Source: Escherichia coli (GTDB lineage Bacteria > Pseudomonadota > Gammaproteobacteria > Enterobacterales > Enterobacteriaceae). From it: 64,000 nt of DNA. Every line of letters begins with the position of its first letter. Positions within the stretch are counted from its first letter, which is position 1. The translations under genes and the position numbers were made by a program. The notes beneath the pieces were generated by a model. The model was not told the origin of the DNA. It saw nothing but the letters and a program-made list of their open reading frames with translations, and did not search any database. Shown piece by piece: positions 35,552-47,480 of the stretch. The stretch is from the NCBI RefSeq assembly GCF_044647545.1, contig NZ_CP172818.1. One strand, given 5' to 3'.

Positions 35552-37525
35552 TCATCTCTGGAACACACACAATCCGTGTGCAGGTCCCTGCCAGACAGCC
35601 GTAATCACTGGGTTATCCTCTCCAGCGAATGGGGGAATGGCGTGCCACTCCCCAGCAGGTAAAACAATCTCTGTTACCTCAAGCGTGGCGTTAATTGCGA
35701 TCAAAAAGCGATCCGAGAGCAGAATTTGCAGCTGTTTCGGCCCGTTTTGCCACTCATCCGTGCTTAAAGGTTGAGCATATCGATTTAGCCAACGGACATT
35801 GCCGTCGCCTTCTTCCCACCAGCGATTCTCCATCAAAGCGGGAATGCGCTTGCGCAGATGGATTAACGCGGCGGTAAATGCGGTTAAACCACTGCTTGCC
35901 TGCGACCAGTCCAACCAGGTTAATTGGTTATCCTGACAGTAGGCATTGTTATTGCCATGCTGGCTGTGACCATGTTCGTCACCGGCCAGTAACATCGGCG
36001 TACCCTGGGAGAGCAACAACGTTGTTAACAGGGCGTGAATGCTGTCGCGCCGCCGTTCAACCAGATCAAGAGTACCGCCTAACCCTTCTTTACCATGATT
36101 GTTACTGTAATTGTTGTTGGTCCCGTCGCGATTTTCTTCTCCGTTTGCTTCATTGTGTTTATGGTTGAAGCAAACGCAGTCGCGAAGCGTAAAACCGTCA
36201 TGCGCGGTGACGAGATTAATCGCGGCACTCGGCAGACGACCATTACGTTTAAAAACATCGCTGGAGGCAGCAAAACGCCCGGCAAACGCCCCCAGAGGCA
36301 AATCATAATGCAGCCAGAAACGACGGGCAGCATCGCGGAAATGATCGTTCCACTCGGCAAACAGCGGCGGGAAATTTCCCACCTGATAACCACCAGGAGC
36401 AATATCCCACGGTTCAGCAATTAACTTCACCTGTGAGAGCACGGGGCAGTTCTGGATAGCGGTAAACAACGGCGCATCCTGACGGAACTCTGGCGTACGG
36501 CCCATGACTGCCGCCAGATCAAAGCGGAAACCATCGACGTGGCAGGTTTCTACCCAATAACGCAGGCAGGCGCAGGCATAATCCACCACCGCCGGATGAC
36601 TCAAATTGAGCGTATTGCCGCAACCGGTCCAGTTGTGATAATCGCCGTCTTCTCTTATCCAATAATAGCTACGGTTGTCGATCCCACGCAGAGAGAATAA
36701 CGGGCCGTCGAGGTCCAGTTCCGCGCTATGGTTGAGCACGATATCAAGAATGACTTCGATACCCGCTTTATGCAGTGCTTTGATTGCATCGCGAAACTCA
36801 TGCAGCGCCGTTTCTGGGGAGCAGGCATACGCCGGATGCAGCGCAAACATCGCCACCGGGTTGTAACCCCAGTAGTTACTTAGCCCCATGCGTTGCAGAC
36901 GTGGTTCACTGGCAAACTGCGCCACCGGCAGCAGTTCCAGCGCGGTAATGCCCAACTGTTTCAAATAGTTGATCATCACCGGATGCCCCAGGGCTTTATA
37001 AGTGCCACGGATCTCGACCGGGATCTCCGGGTGCAGGTACGTTAATCCTTTGACATGGGCTTCATAAATGATGGTACTGCCCCACGGCGTGCGCGGCGGA
37101 GCATCATCCTCCCAGTCATAGTGATCAACCACCACTACGCATTTCGGCGCAATGGCGGCGTTGTCGCGATAGTCAGGTTCATTATGACCGGCGTGCAGCA
37201 GCGGGTTATCTTTAAACTCCCCGTCAATTTGCCGCGCGCAAGGATCAATCAACAACTTCGCCGGGTTAAAGCGATGCCCCTCGGCGGGTTGCCAGGGGCC
37301 ATGAACGCGATAACCATAACGCAAACCCGGACGCGCATCCGGCAGATAACCGTGCCAAATGTCGCCACTGTGCCCTGGCAAGTCATAGCGATGTTCCTGG
37401 CCATTGGCGTCAAAGATACACAGTTCTACCCGCTCGGCATGAGCGGAGAAAAGTGTGAAGTTGACGCCCTGACCGTCGTAATGCGCGCCGAGGGGTGCGG
37501 GTTTGCCAATGGCGAGTTGTGTCAT
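35552..37525 (-). CDS. glgX: glycogen debranching enzyme
   Basis: 657-aa [47 protein letters not shown]...; 4-bp overlap with glgB. Confidence 0.95.
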
Positions 37526-39708
37526 TCTGCCTCCCGAACCAGCCAGATAGTGGCCAGCGGTGGTAGTGTCAGGCTTAGTGAATGCTGACGACCGTGGCTG
37601 GCAATCTCATCGCTGTGTACCGTGCCGCCATTGCCGGCATTACTGCCGTGATAGTGCATGGAATCGGTATTGAGGATTTCACGCCATTTGCCCGGCTGGT
37701 TAATGCCGAAGCGATAATCATGACGCGGCACCGGAGTAAAGTTACTGGCAACGATGATTTCGTTACCCTCTTTATCGCGACGCACAAAGATCAGCACCGA
37801 GCGTTCTTTGTCATCCACCACCAGCCATTCAAAGCCGTACGGGTCAAAATCCAGTTCATGCATTGCTTTATGGTGGCGGTAGGTGAGGTTCAGATCGCGC
37901 ACCAGACGCTGGACACCGTGGTGCCAGTTATCGCCGCCTTCCAACAGATGCCAGTCGAGGCTGGCGTCATGGTTCCACTCGCGGCCCTGGGCAAATTCGT
38001 TCCCCATGAACAGCAATTTCTTGCCCGGGAATGCCCACATCCAGCCGTAGTAGGCGCGCAGGTTAGCGAATTTCTGCCATGCGTCGCCCGGCATCCGATC
38101 GAGAATCGATTTTTTACCGTGGACCACTTCATCATGCGACAACGGCAGGACGAAGTTTTCAGTGTAGTTGTAGAGCATCCCGAAGGTCAGTTTATCGTGA
38201 TGATACTGACGATAAACCGGGTCGAGCTTCATGTAGTCCAGGGTGTCATGCATCCAGCCGAGGTTCCACTTGTACCAGAAGCCCAGACCGCCCATGTCCT
38301 GCGGACGAGAAACGCCAGGGAAATCGGTAGACTCCTCCGCCATTGTCACCGCACCGGAAACCTGCTCACCAAGAATACGGTTGGTATTACGCAAGAATTC
38401 AATCGCTTCAAGATTCTCGCGCCCGCCAAATTCGTTCGGGATCCACTCCCCCTCTTTACGGCTGTAGTCGCGGTAAATCATTGACGCCACCGCATCGACG
38501 CGCAGCGCATCAATACCAAAACGTTCGATCCAGTAAAGCGCGTTACCGACAAGGAAGTTACTGACTTCACGGCGACCATAGTTGTAGATCAGCGTATTCC
38601 AGTCCTGATGATAGCCTTCGCGCGGATCGCTGTGTTCATACAAGTTCGTGCCATCAAATTCGGCAAGCGCAAAGTCATCGGTCGGGAAGTGGCCTGGCAC
38701 CCAGTCGAGAATCACGTTCAGACCAGCTGCGTGTGCGGCATCAATGAAATAACGGAAGTCGTCGCGAGTACCAAAACGGCGGGTCGGTGCATACAGGCCG
38801 GTTGGCTGATAACCCCAACTGCCATCGAAGGGATGCTCGTTAATGGGCAGTAGCTCGAGATGGGTAAAGCCCATCCATTTAGCATAAGGCACCAGTTGAT
38901 CGGCCAGCTCGCGGTAGCTCAACCAGAAATTGTTGTCGGTGTGGCGACGCCAGGAGCCCAGGTGAACTTCATAAATAGAGATTGGCGCATCAAACTGATT
39001 CGCTTTTTTGCGCTCTTCAGTCTGTACAACCTTTTCCGGCAGCCCGCAAATAAGAGACGCGGTTTCCGGGCGCATTTGCGCTTCGAAGGCATAAGGGTCG
39101 GACTTCAGACGCAAGTTGCCATTGGCATCAATCATCTCGTATTTATAGAGCTGACCGTTATGCGCCCCAGGGATAAACAGTTCCCAGATGCCGCTCTCTT
39201 TACGCAGGCGCATCGGATGACGGCGACCGTCCCAGTAGTTGAATTGCCCAACCACCGAGACCCGACGGGCGTTTGGAGCCCAGACAGAAAAACGCGTACC
39301 TGTGACGCCATCCATAGTATCTGCATGCGCGCCTAAGGTTTCATACGGGCGCAGGTGAGTACCTTCAGATAATAGCCAGGCATCCATTTCCTGGATTAGC
39401 GGACCAAAACGGTAAGGATCATCAATCAGGTTTTGCTGACCATGCCAGACAACAGCCAACTGATAGCGGAAAAAATTCTTACGTCGCGGAATGACACCGC
39501 TAAAGAATCCCCGTGAGTCGAGACACTCCAGTTTTGCGAGTTTGCGCCCGGTTTTCGGTTCAATCACCCACACATCGGTAGCGTCGGGTAAAAGGGCACG
39601 GACTTCCAGTCCCGCGGTGGTTTTATGCATCCCCAGTACGGAAAAAGGATCCGCAAAATGGCCTGCAATTAGCGCGTTAATCACGTCTCTATCGATACGA
39701 TCGGACAT
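37522..39708 (-). CDS. glgB: 1,4-alpha-glucan branching enzyme
   Basis: 728-aa [51 protein letters not shown].... Confidence 0.95.
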   Translation of the reverse strand: MSDRIDRDVINALIAGHFADPFSVLGMHKTTAGLEVRALLPDATDVWVIEPKTGRKLAKLECLDSRGFFSGVIPRRKNFFRYQLAVVWHGQQNLIDDPYRFGPLIQEMDAWLLSEGTHLRPYETLGAHADTMDGVTGTRFSVWAPNARRVSVVGQFNYWDGRRHPMRLRKESGIWELFIPGAHNGQLYKYEMIDANGNLRLKSDPYAFEAQMRPETASLICGLPEKVVQTEERKKANQFDAPISIYEVHLGSWRRHTDNNFWLSYRELADQLVPYAKWMGFTHLELLPINEHPFDGSWGYQPTGLYAPTRRFGTRDDFRYFIDAAHAAGLNVILDWVPGHFPTDDFALAEFDGTNLYEHSDPREGYHQDWNTLIYNYGRREVSNFLVGNALYWIERFGIDALRVDAVASMIYRDYSRKEGEWIPNEFGGRENLEAIEFLRNTNRILGEQVSGAVTMAEESTDFPGVSRPQDMGGLGFWYKWNLGWMHDTLDYMKLDPVYRQYHHDKLTFGMLYNYTENFVLPLSHDEVVHGKKSILDRMPGDAWQKFANLRAYYGWMWAFPGKKLLFMGNEFAQGREWNHDASLDWHLLEGGDNWHHGVQRLVRDLNLTYRHHKAMHELDFDPYGFEWLVVDDKERSVLIFVRRDKEGNEIIVASNFTPVPRHDYRFGINQPGKWREILNTDSMHYHGSNAGNGGTVHSDEIASHGRQHSLSLTLPPLATIWLVREAE

Positions 39709-39980
39709 GCTTGTCTTCCTGTTTTATTGTGTCACCCCATCCAACTGAATTTTTGACTTCTGGTTGTGACATTTTTTTGACCTGAACGGCGCAGCACTCT
39801 GTGCATCCTCTCTGCGTCGTCCTCACTTCAGGTAAGGCTGTGAATACTCGTGTATTCCGCCACCCTTAAAGAATAGCCAATGCTCTATTTAACTCCCGGT
39901 AAATCATGAAACATCTGCGCTTACTCCTGTATTACGCACTAGCAGGGGCGGCATCGCGCCCCAGATTTAATGAATAAAGA

Positions 39981-41084
39981 TTACGCCAGTTGACGAAGCA
40001 TCCGACGTAGCGGCTCCGCGGCCCCCCACAGCAGCTGGTCGCCCACGGTAAAGGCTGACAGGAACTCCGGTCCCATATTCAGCTTACGCAGACGGCCTAC
40101 CGGCGTGGTCAGCGTGCCGGTAACGGCAGCTGGGGTTAGCTCACGCATAGTGATTTCCCGATCGTTTGGAACAACTTTCGCCCACGGATTGTGCGCAGCC
40201 AGCAGTTCTTCCACGGTCGGAATAGACACATCTTTTTTCAATTTAATAGTGAATGCCTGGCTATGGCAGCGCAATGCCCCGACACGCACACATAAACCAT
40301 CTACCGGAATTACGGAAGATGTGTTGAGGATCTTGTTGGTTTCCGCCTGCCCTTTCCACTCTTCGCGGCTCTGACCGTTATCAAGCTGTTTGTCGATCCA
40401 CGGAATCAGGCTACCCGCCAGCGGCACGCCAAAGTTATCTACCGGCAGCTCACCGCTACGGGTTAAGGTTGTGACTTTGCGTTCGATATCGAGAATAGCA
40501 GAGGACGGGGTCGCGAGTTCATCTGCCACATGGCCATACAGATGGCCCATCTGGGTTAATAACTCACGCATATGTCGCGCACCACCGCCGGAAGCGGCCT
40601 GGTAGGTTGCAACGGACACCCAATCAACAAGATCATTGGCGAATAAACCACCCAACGACATCAACATCAGGCTTACGGTACAGTTACCGCCAACAAAAGT
40701 CCTGATGCCATTATTTAATCCGTCGGTAATGACGTCCTGATTGACGGGGTCAAGAATGATGATGGCGTCATCTTTCATGCGCAGAGATGATGCTGCGTCA
40801 ATCCAGTAACCTTGCCATCCGCTTTCACGAAGCTTTGGATAGATTTCGTTGGTATAATCGCCGCCCTGACAGGTCACAATGATATCGAGGGCCTTTAGCG
40901 CCTCCAGATCAAAGGCATCCTGAAGTGTGTCAGTGGTTCCGCCAAAAGACGGCGCAGCCTGACCAAGCTGAGAAGTAGAAAAGAAGACAGGGCGAATGGC
41001 GTCGAAGTCGCGCTCTTCAACCATGCGTTGCATGAGAACGGAGCCGACCATACCGCGCCAGCCGATAAAACCAACATTTTTCAT
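39981..41084 (-). CDS. asd: aspartate-semialdehyde dehydrogenase
   Basis: [45 protein letters not shown]...; start trimmed to MKNVGF (367 aa). Confidence 0.95.
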
Positions 41085-41275
41085 AAGCGTTTTTTCCTGC
41101 AAAGATGTGTGCTGTATAAATGTGCCGGTCTCCTCCTGGCACATCTTTCACCATACAAAAAGCAGCCAAAGTCGCAAGTGAAATTAATCAATGATAGCGA
41201 AGCCATCAGTAATGCGACTTATCCTGCTTTGTTAGCACGCAGAAAGTCCGCGGCAATTATCAGGGAATTTGAGTT

Positions 41276-41869
41276 ATGAATGAAATCATTTCTGCAGCAG
41301 TTTTATTGATCCTGATTATGGATCCGCTCGGAAACCTACCTATTTTCATGTCCGTACTGAAACATACTGAACCGAAAAGACGGCGGGCAATCATGGTGCG
41401 AGAGTTGCTTATTGCTCTCCTGGTGATGCTGGTGTTCCTGTTTGCGGGTGAGAAAATTCTGGCATTTCTCAGCCTGCGAGCAGAAACCGTCTCCATTTCT
41501 GGCGGCATCATTCTGTTTCTGATCGCCATTAAGATGATTTTCCCCAGCGCTTCAGGAAATAGCAGCGGGCTTCCGGCAGGTGAAGAGCCGTTTATCGTGC
41601 CGTTGGCAATTCCGTTAGTCGCCGGGCCGACTATTCTCGCCACGCTGATGTTGTTGTCTCATCAGTACCCGAATCAGATGGGACATCTGGTAATTGCTCT
41701 GCTGCTGGCCTGGGGTGGCACCTTTGTCATCCTGCTACAGTCTTCGCTATTTTTACGTCTGCTGGGCGAGAAAGGGGTGAATGCACTTGAACGCCTGATG
41801 GGATTGATTCTGGTGATGATGGCAACTCAGATGTTCCTCGACGGCATTCGAATGTGGATGAAGGGGTAA
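41276..41869 (+). CDS. yhgN: MarC-family inner membrane protein
   Basis: 197-aa ORF MNEIISAAVLLILIMDPLGNLPIFMSVLKHTEPKRRRAIMVRELLIALLVML.... Confidence 0.88.
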   Translation: MNEIISAAVLLILIMDPLGNLPIFMSVLKHTEPKRRRAIMVRELLIALLVMLVFLFAGEKILAFLSLRAETVSISGGIILFLIAIKMIFPSASGNSSGLPAGEEPFIVPLAIPLVAGPTILATLMLLSHQYPNQMGHLVIALLLAWGGTFVILLQSSLFLRLLGEKGVNALERLMGLILVMMATQMFLDGIRMWMKG

Positions 41870-41874
41870 CGTTC

Positions 41875-42000
<126 letters not shown>

Positions 42001-42062
42001 ACGGATAGTTTTTACGATAAAGTACCTGGTTTGCTTCACAACTACCGGCGCGAACAAAAAAA

Positions 42063-43403
42063 TTAACTCAACAGCTGGAACGCAATCATCCCAACGATGG
42101 CACCAACAGTGCCGAGTATGGTTTCCATCATGGTCCAGGTTTTCAGCGTTTCGGCTTCGGTCGCGCCGGTAAATTTACCGAACAACCAGAAACCGGCGTC
42201 GTTAACGTGGCTGACAACAATCGAACCACCGGCGATACAAATCGACAGCGCCGCCATTTGCGCACCGGAGTAGTTCAGTTGTTCAATAACCGGCATCACC
42301 AGTCCCACCGCCGTTAAACAGGCAACGGTGGCAGAACCCTGAATGATGCGCACTGCAGCTGCCAGCACGAAGCAGGTGATGGCAATCGGCAGGCCCATGC
42401 CGGTTAACGCTTCGCCCAGTGCCGGACCTACGCCTGAGTCAACCAGCACCTGTTTGAACACGCCGCCCGCACCAATCACCAGCAGAATGATCCCCGCCGG
42501 TTGCAGCGCGTGACCGCAAATCTCCATCACTTTGTCTTTTGGCATGCCCTGACGCATTGCCAGACCGTAAATCGCCACCAGACAAGCAACCAGAATCGCG
42601 GTAAACGGATGGCCGATAAACTCGAACCATTCGTAAGCGGTAGAGCCTTCTGGCACAAAACGCGCGGCAATGGTTTTCAGCCCCACCAGCACCAGTGGCA
42701 ACAGGATCAGCGACAGGCTGAATCCGAAGGACGGCATTTTGCCTTCGCCGAGATGTGGTTCGCTGATGTCGTCAGGAATATGCAGCTCCACGTAGCGGCT
42801 GATGAAATTACCCCACAGCGGCCCGGCAATAATCATTCCCGGAATTGCCGCACACAGGCCAATCAGGATCATCCAGCCAAAGTCGGCGTTCATCTGCGAT
42901 GCCAGCAGCATTGGCGCTGGTCCAGGCACCAGGAACGCAGCCGCTGCCGCCACGCCTGCGAATAATGGGATTACCAGCTTCACCAGGTTCGTACCGGTGT
43001 GGCGCGCCATTGAGAAAGCAACGCTAATCAGCAGAACAATCGCCACTTCAAAGAACAGCGGTAGCGCACAGACCAGCCCCGCAAGACCGATGGCATAATG
43101 CGCGCGACTGTGACCGAAGGATTTGAGCATTTTGACGGCAATCTGATCGACTGCGCCGGTTTCATGTAAGATCTTGCCAAACATGGCTCCCAGGGCGACA
43201 ACCACCGCCAGAAAGCCGAGGGTGCCTCCCATCCCTTTTTCCATCGTCGCTGCGATTTTATCGAGCGGCATACCGGAAAAAAGGCCAGCCCCCATGGACA
43301 CCACCATCAAAGCCAGGAAAGCGTGCATACGCGCCTTCATGACTAAAAACAGCAGCAGTAAAACAGACCCTACTGCTGTTAAAACAAGCGTTAATGTAGT
43401 CAC
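42063..43403 (-). CDS. gntU: low-affinity gluconate transporter (GntP family)
   Basis: 446-aa ORF MTTLTLVLTAVGSVLLLLFLVMKARMHAFLALMVVSMGAGLFSGMPLDKI...; paralogous to gntT. Confidence 0.93.
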   Translation of the reverse strand: MTTLTLVLTAVGSVLLLLFLVMKARMHAFLALMVVSMGAGLFSGMPLDKIAATMEKGMGGTLGFLAVVVALGAMFGKILHETGAVDQIAVKMLKSFGHSRAHYAIGLAGLVCALPLFFEVAIVLLISVAFSMARHTGTNLVKLVIPLFAGVAAAAAFLVPGPAPMLLASQMNADFGWMILIGLCAAIPGMIIAGPLWGNFISRYVELHIPDDISEPHLGEGKMPSFGFSLSLILLPLVLVGLKTIAARFVPEGSTAYEWFEFIGHPFTAILVACLVAIYGLAMRQGMPKDKVMEICGHALQPAGIILLVIGAGGVFKQVLVDSGVGPALGEALTGMGLPIAITCFVLAAAVRIIQGSATVACLTAVGLVMPVIEQLNYSGAQMAALSICIAGGSIVVSHVNDAGFWLFGKFTGATEAETLKTWTMMETILGTVGAIVGMIAFQLLS

Positions 43404-43406
43404 TAC

Positions 43407-43934
43407 TTATTTGCCTTTTTTAATAACCTCAATGGTGCTTGCCACAACACCTTCCAGCGGTTGATCGATATCCACCACCAGTACATCGGTTTCGTCCGCA
43501 CCCGGCTCCTGCAGCGTTTCAAACTGCGTCACCAACATTTGGGTTTTAAAGAAATGGCCTTTGCGCGCTTTCAGGCGGCTTTCAATCACATCAAAATCGC
43601 CTTTCAGGTAGATGAAAGAGAGATTCGGATTACCCGCGCGTAGCAAGTCGCGATAGTGTTTTTTCAGTGCAGAACAGACGATCAGCGACACTTTATTGGT
43701 GCGCTGCATAGCAAACGCGGCGTCGTTCAGCGCCTGCAACCACGGTTTGCGATCGTCGTCATTCAGCGGTTCACCAGACGCCATTTTTTCGATATTGCGC
43801 CGTGGATGGAGGAAATCGCCATCAAGAAACGCGGCATGAAGTTGATGCGCCACTTCACTGGCGACCGCAGATTTGCCGCTGCCCGATACGCCCATCAAGA
43901 CGTAAATGTGGTGATCATGGTTAGTCGTGCTCAA
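43407..43934 (-). CDS. gntK: thermoresistant gluconokinase
   Basis: MSTTNHDHHIYVLMGVSGSGKSAVASEVAHQL... (P-loop GVSGSGKS); native start appears to be TTG, so the track ORF over-extends by 7 codons. Confidence 0.92.
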   Translation of the reverse strand: MSTTNHDHHIYVLMGVSGSGKSAVASEVAHQLHAAFLDGDFLHPRRNIEKMASGEPLNDDDRKPWLQALNDAAFAMQRTNKVSLIVCSALKKHYRDLLRAGNPNLSFIYLKGDFDVIESRLKARKGHFFKTQMLVTQFETLQEPGADETDVLVVDIDQPLEGVVASTIEVIKKGK

Positions 43935-43964
43935 AGTGGTGCCCCCACAATACAAGAATTAAAA

Positions 43965-43992
43965 ATGTTACGGGTAACTGTTATCGGTAACA
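43965..43992 (-). promoter_or_regulatory. tandem GntR operators in the gntKU promoter
   Basis: atgttacgggtaac and tgttatcggtaaca, adjacent palindromic sites 30-60 bp upstream of gntK. Confidence 0.5.
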
Positions 43993-44072
43993 TTGTCCGG
44001 CCGGACAATATCAGAAGCAATATCCATCCGTGCCTTAAGTGTATAAGTGTGAGCTACTTCAAATTTGTGGGC

Positions 44073-45068
44073 TTAAATAGATCCGCCCGGTGACAAGGTG
44101 AAACCTAAATCTAACATTTTCGGTGTCACAGATTCGCCACGAATACGCGCCAGCAGGCGTTCAGCGCCAATACTGCCCATCCGCTCACGCGGCGTCAGTA
44201 CGCTCGCCAACCGTGGTTCCATCACCTGACCAATGTCATGACCATGGAAACCGGCAATCGCCATATCGTCAGGAACTTTTAACCCCAGACGCTGACATTC
44301 AAACGCCGCGCCGACCGCCAGATCATCATTAGTACAGAACACGCCATCCAGCTGCGGATATTCCCGCCGTGCCTGGCGAATCAGTTCAATACCGGAAGAG
44401 TAAGAAGAAGATTGCTCAACCATCACGCTATACGGCACCAGGCCTGCATCCAGCATCGCCTGTTCGTATCCCTTCTGTTTGATGATAGTACGTTCGTCGA
44501 GACGTGCGCCGAGATAGGCAATGTGGCGATGCCCGCGAGCAATAATGGCAGTGGTCATCTGGCGTGCCGCTTCAAAGTTATCAAAACCGACGGCAATATC
44601 GAGGCACGGCGACTTGCTGTCCATCAACTCCACCACCGGAATCCCCGCCACTTCAATCATCTTTAAGGTGCGTGGCGTGTGAGTACGTTCGGTGAGGATC
44701 AGGCCGTCGATATTCCATGAGAGCATGGATTCGAGGCGTTCTTGCTCCATTTCCGGTTTATAACCGTAGTGCGCCAGCATGGTTTGATAACCGTGCGCGT
44801 CGGTGACGCTTTCGATTCCGCGTAATACTTCCGCGAAAACCTGGTTGGTGAGAGAAGGTAACAGGACGCCAATCGCCCGGCTGGTGGCGTTAGAGAGGAT
44901 ATCGGGCGCGCGATTGGGAATATAACCCAGTTCATCAAGAGCGGCGGCAATCTTGCCGCGTAGAGCGACGGAAACCTGCTCCGGGTTGCGTAAAAAACGG
45001 CTGACCGTCATTTTGGTCACGCCTACACGGTCAGCCACATCCTGAAGTACGGGTCTTTTCTTTTTCAT
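44073..45068 (-). CDS. gntR: gluconate repressor GntR (LacI family)
   Basis: 331-aa ORF MKKKRPVLQDVADRVGVTKMTVSRFLRNPEQVSVALRGKIAAALDELGYIPNRAP... (N-terminal HTH). Confidence 0.95.
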   Translation of the reverse strand: MKKKRPVLQDVADRVGVTKMTVSRFLRNPEQVSVALRGKIAAALDELGYIPNRAPDILSNATSRAIGVLLPSLTNQVFAEVLRGIESVTDAHGYQTMLAHYGYKPEMEQERLESMLSWNIDGLILTERTHTPRTLKMIEVAGIPVVELMDSKSPCLDIAVGFDNFEAARQMTTAIIARGHRHIAYLGARLDERTIIKQKGYEQAMLDAGLVPYSVMVEQSSSYSSGIELIRQARREYPQLDGVFCTNDDLAVGAAFECQRLGLKVPDDMAIAGFHGHDIGQVMEPRLASVLTPRERMGSIGAERLLARIRGESVTPKMLDLGFTLSPGGSI

Positions 45069-45291
45069 CGTCCTGAAGGTACAAAAGAGATAGATTCTTT
45101 TAGTTTAACACGGACGCCTCAGAACCTTCCCGGGGAAAACAGTGCTTGTTTACAATTATTAGATATACACTAAATCAATTGCATCGCATTGTGCTAACGA
45201 CACGGCAAAACCCCGGTCGCGTACATCAGCACGCGACCGGAGCGAGCGAGGAAGCCTGCAAAAAGGCAGGCTTCAAAGATGCCGTTGAGTT

Positions 45292-45987
45292 TTAAACCGG
45301 CGGCAGATCGAACAGTAACACTTCGCTGTCGCTATCCGCATGAATGGAGATTGCCTGCTCATCCCAGATTGCCAGACCATCGCTGGTCGAGGCTTTCACG
45401 CCGTTAATGGTGACATTGCCTTTCACCACCTGGATCCAGACGCGGCGTTCAGCGGCAATCTGATGCACCGACTGCTCATCTTTCAGCAATGCCCAACGAT
45501 ACAGTTCCATATCCTGATGCACTTTCAGCGAACCATCTCGCGCATCCGGCGAGAGCACCAGCTGTTTGCCCTGTACGGCATCGAAGCGACGCTGTTCATA
45601 ACGCGGCGTAATGCCGTTTTCTTCAGGCATGATCCAGATCTGATACAGATGCAGACGCTCGGTGCTGCTTGGGTTGTACTCAGAGTGACGGATACCCGTA
45701 CCCGCACTCATAATCTGGAACTCACCCGCCGGAACCTGCTCTTTATTGCCCATGCTGTCCTGGTGCTCAACAGTACCTTCCAGCACGTAGGTCAAAATTT
45801 CCATATCTTTATGCGGGTGAGTACCGAAGCCCTGCCCTGCTTCAATCACGTCGTCGTTAATCACGCGCAGCGCGGAGAAACCCATAAAGTTCGGGTCGTA
45901 GTAGTTGGCAAAAGAGAAAGTATGCCAGGAGTCCAGCCAGCCATGATTTGCATGACCACGTTCATTTGCTTTGCGTAAGTAGATCAT
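45292..45987 (-). CDS. yhhW: pirin-like bicupin (quercetin 2,3-dioxygenase)
   Basis: 231-aa ORF MIYLRKANERGHANHGWLDSWHTFSFANYYDPNFMGFSALRVINDD.... Confidence 0.9.
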   Translation of the reverse strand: MIYLRKANERGHANHGWLDSWHTFSFANYYDPNFMGFSALRVINDDVIEAGQGFGTHPHKDMEILTYVLEGTVEHQDSMGNKEQVPAGEFQIMSAGTGIRHSEYNPSSTERLHLYQIWIMPEENGITPRYEQRRFDAVQGKQLVLSPDARDGSLKVHQDMELYRWALLKDEQSVHQIAAERRVWIQVVKGNVTINGVKASTSDGLAIWDEQAISIHADSDSEVLLFDLPPV

Positions 45988-46109
45988 TTGTATTCGCCCC
46001 CTGAATGTTTTCGATGGGCTTAGTGTGGACCCGATCTGCCTGGGATGATAGAGGGTGAAAATTGACCCCTATGTTCAAAAAAATTGAACTATTCGAGGGG
46101 CCATCAAAC

Positions 46110-47147
46110 TTACTTCGCGAGAGTCACTGTGGAGGGAGAGGCTTGCTCAAAACCGCGTTCAAGGATTTCCAAATTGGTAAGAACTTCAGATTCCTTGACG
46201 TAATTTGGCGCACCGTTGGTGATGGTTTGATACAACGCATCATAAACGCGCCCGTAATCGCCCATCTCCGGCTTCATCTCTTCTCTGACCGTCACCCCCT
46301 CGTCATTGACATACTCCAGCACACCGACCGAATCATCCGCTGCGAATCCCGGTTCGCCCGGCATAATATTAGCCTTGAGGCTGGTTTCCTGCTGGTCGAT
46401 ACCGTATTTAATAAACGAACCTTTCTTACCGTGAACGATAAATTTCGGATAATCGATTTTCACCAGATGGCTGGTTTTGACGATGGCTTTCAGGTCGCCA
46501 TAAAACAGCTGCGCTTCAAAGGTGTCGTCAGGATTGGCTTTATTACGCAGGCTGCGGATGTCATAAGCGACGTGATCCGGGCGACCGAACAGAGAAATAA
46601 TCTGGTCCATCGTATGCACACCAAGGCCATAGAACGCGCCATCCTGCGGCAGCCCAGGTTTGGTTTCTGCCACCGGGCGGTAATAGTCAAAATGGCTTTC
46701 CACTTCAACAATCTCTCCCAGCTTGCCGCTTTCAATCGCTTTTTTCGCCGTCAGAAAACAGGAATCAAAGCGACGATTCTGATACGGCGTGACGGTCAGC
46801 CCTTTACTTTTCGCCAGCGCAAAAAGTTCTTTCGCTTGCGCAAGCGTCGGAGTGAATGGTTTTTCGACCAGCACATTTTTCCCGGCTTCCAGCGCGCGCT
46901 TCGCGTACTCGAAGTGGCTGTCCGCATGGGTGCAGACAACAACCAGCTTAACATCGGGATCGTTTAGCACTTCGTCGAGATCGCTGGTGAAATGGATATG
47001 AGAGTAAATGGGAGCCTGTTCTTCCGGCTTCGCATGGCGACGAAAAATATGCGCGACATGCCAGCTATCCTTGCGGTTAAGTACATACGGCAGATGGTAA
47101 CGGGTGGTGCTTTTGCCGAAGCCAATAAAGGCGCAGTTGATGACCAT
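46110..47147 (-). CDS. yhhX: Gfo/Idh/MocA-family NAD(P)-dependent oxidoreductase
   Basis: 345-aa ORF MVINCAFIGFGKSTTRYHLPYVLNRKDSWHVAHIFRRH... (Rossmann GFGKS). Confidence 0.9.
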   Translation of the reverse strand: MVINCAFIGFGKSTTRYHLPYVLNRKDSWHVAHIFRRHAKPEEQAPIYSHIHFTSDLDEVLNDPDVKLVVVCTHADSHFEYAKRALEAGKNVLVEKPFTPTLAQAKELFALAKSKGLTVTPYQNRRFDSCFLTAKKAIESGKLGEIVEVESHFDYYRPVAETKPGLPQDGAFYGLGVHTMDQIISLFGRPDHVAYDIRSLRNKANPDDTFEAQLFYGDLKAIVKTSHLVKIDYPKFIVHGKKGSFIKYGIDQQETSLKANIMPGEPGFAADDSVGVLEYVNDEGVTVREEMKPEMGDYGRVYDALYQTITNGAPNYVKESEVLTNLEILERGFEQASPSTVTLAK

Positions 47148-47269
47148 GATTTCGTCCTTTTTAAGGGGGTTATTTACACCTTAGCGCAAAGCGGACGTGG
47201 TTCCTACTGGAGTGCGCATAACGAACACAAGCACTTCCCGTGGATAATTTGAAAACGAAAGATCAAAAA

Positions 47270-47359
47270 AAAAGCCAGCACCCGGCTGGCTAAGTAATAC
47301 TGGAAGCAATGTGAGCAATGTCGTGCTTTCAGGTTCTCCGCGAGGGTCTTCCTGATCGC
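47270..47359 (-). ncRNA. ryhB: RyhB small RNA (Fur-repressed, iron-sparing response)
   Basis: Minus strand reads GCGATCAGGAAGACCCTCGCGGAGAACCTGAAAGCACGACATTGCTCACATTGCTTCCAGTATTACTTAGCCAGCCGGGTGCTGGCTTTT, matching the 90-nt RyhB sequence from memory, with its terminator hairpin and U-run; located between yhhX and yhhY as in K-12. Confidence 0.88.
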
Positions 47360-47361
47360 AA

Positions 47362-47386
47362 GACAATAATAATCATTCTCATTCGC
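47362..47386 (-). promoter_or_regulatory. Fur box overlapping the ryhB promoter
   Basis: caataataatcattctcattcgc immediately upstream of the ryhB 5' end; shares the core cattctcatt with the candidate feoA Fur box. Confidence 0.55.
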
Positions 47387-47480
47387 ACTTGTCCAACACT
47401 TTTTGCAAAAAAATGCATTTGACTCGCATTTGAAAGTCAATGATGTTGAAAGGGACATTTACCCCAAAGAGGACAAAGGA

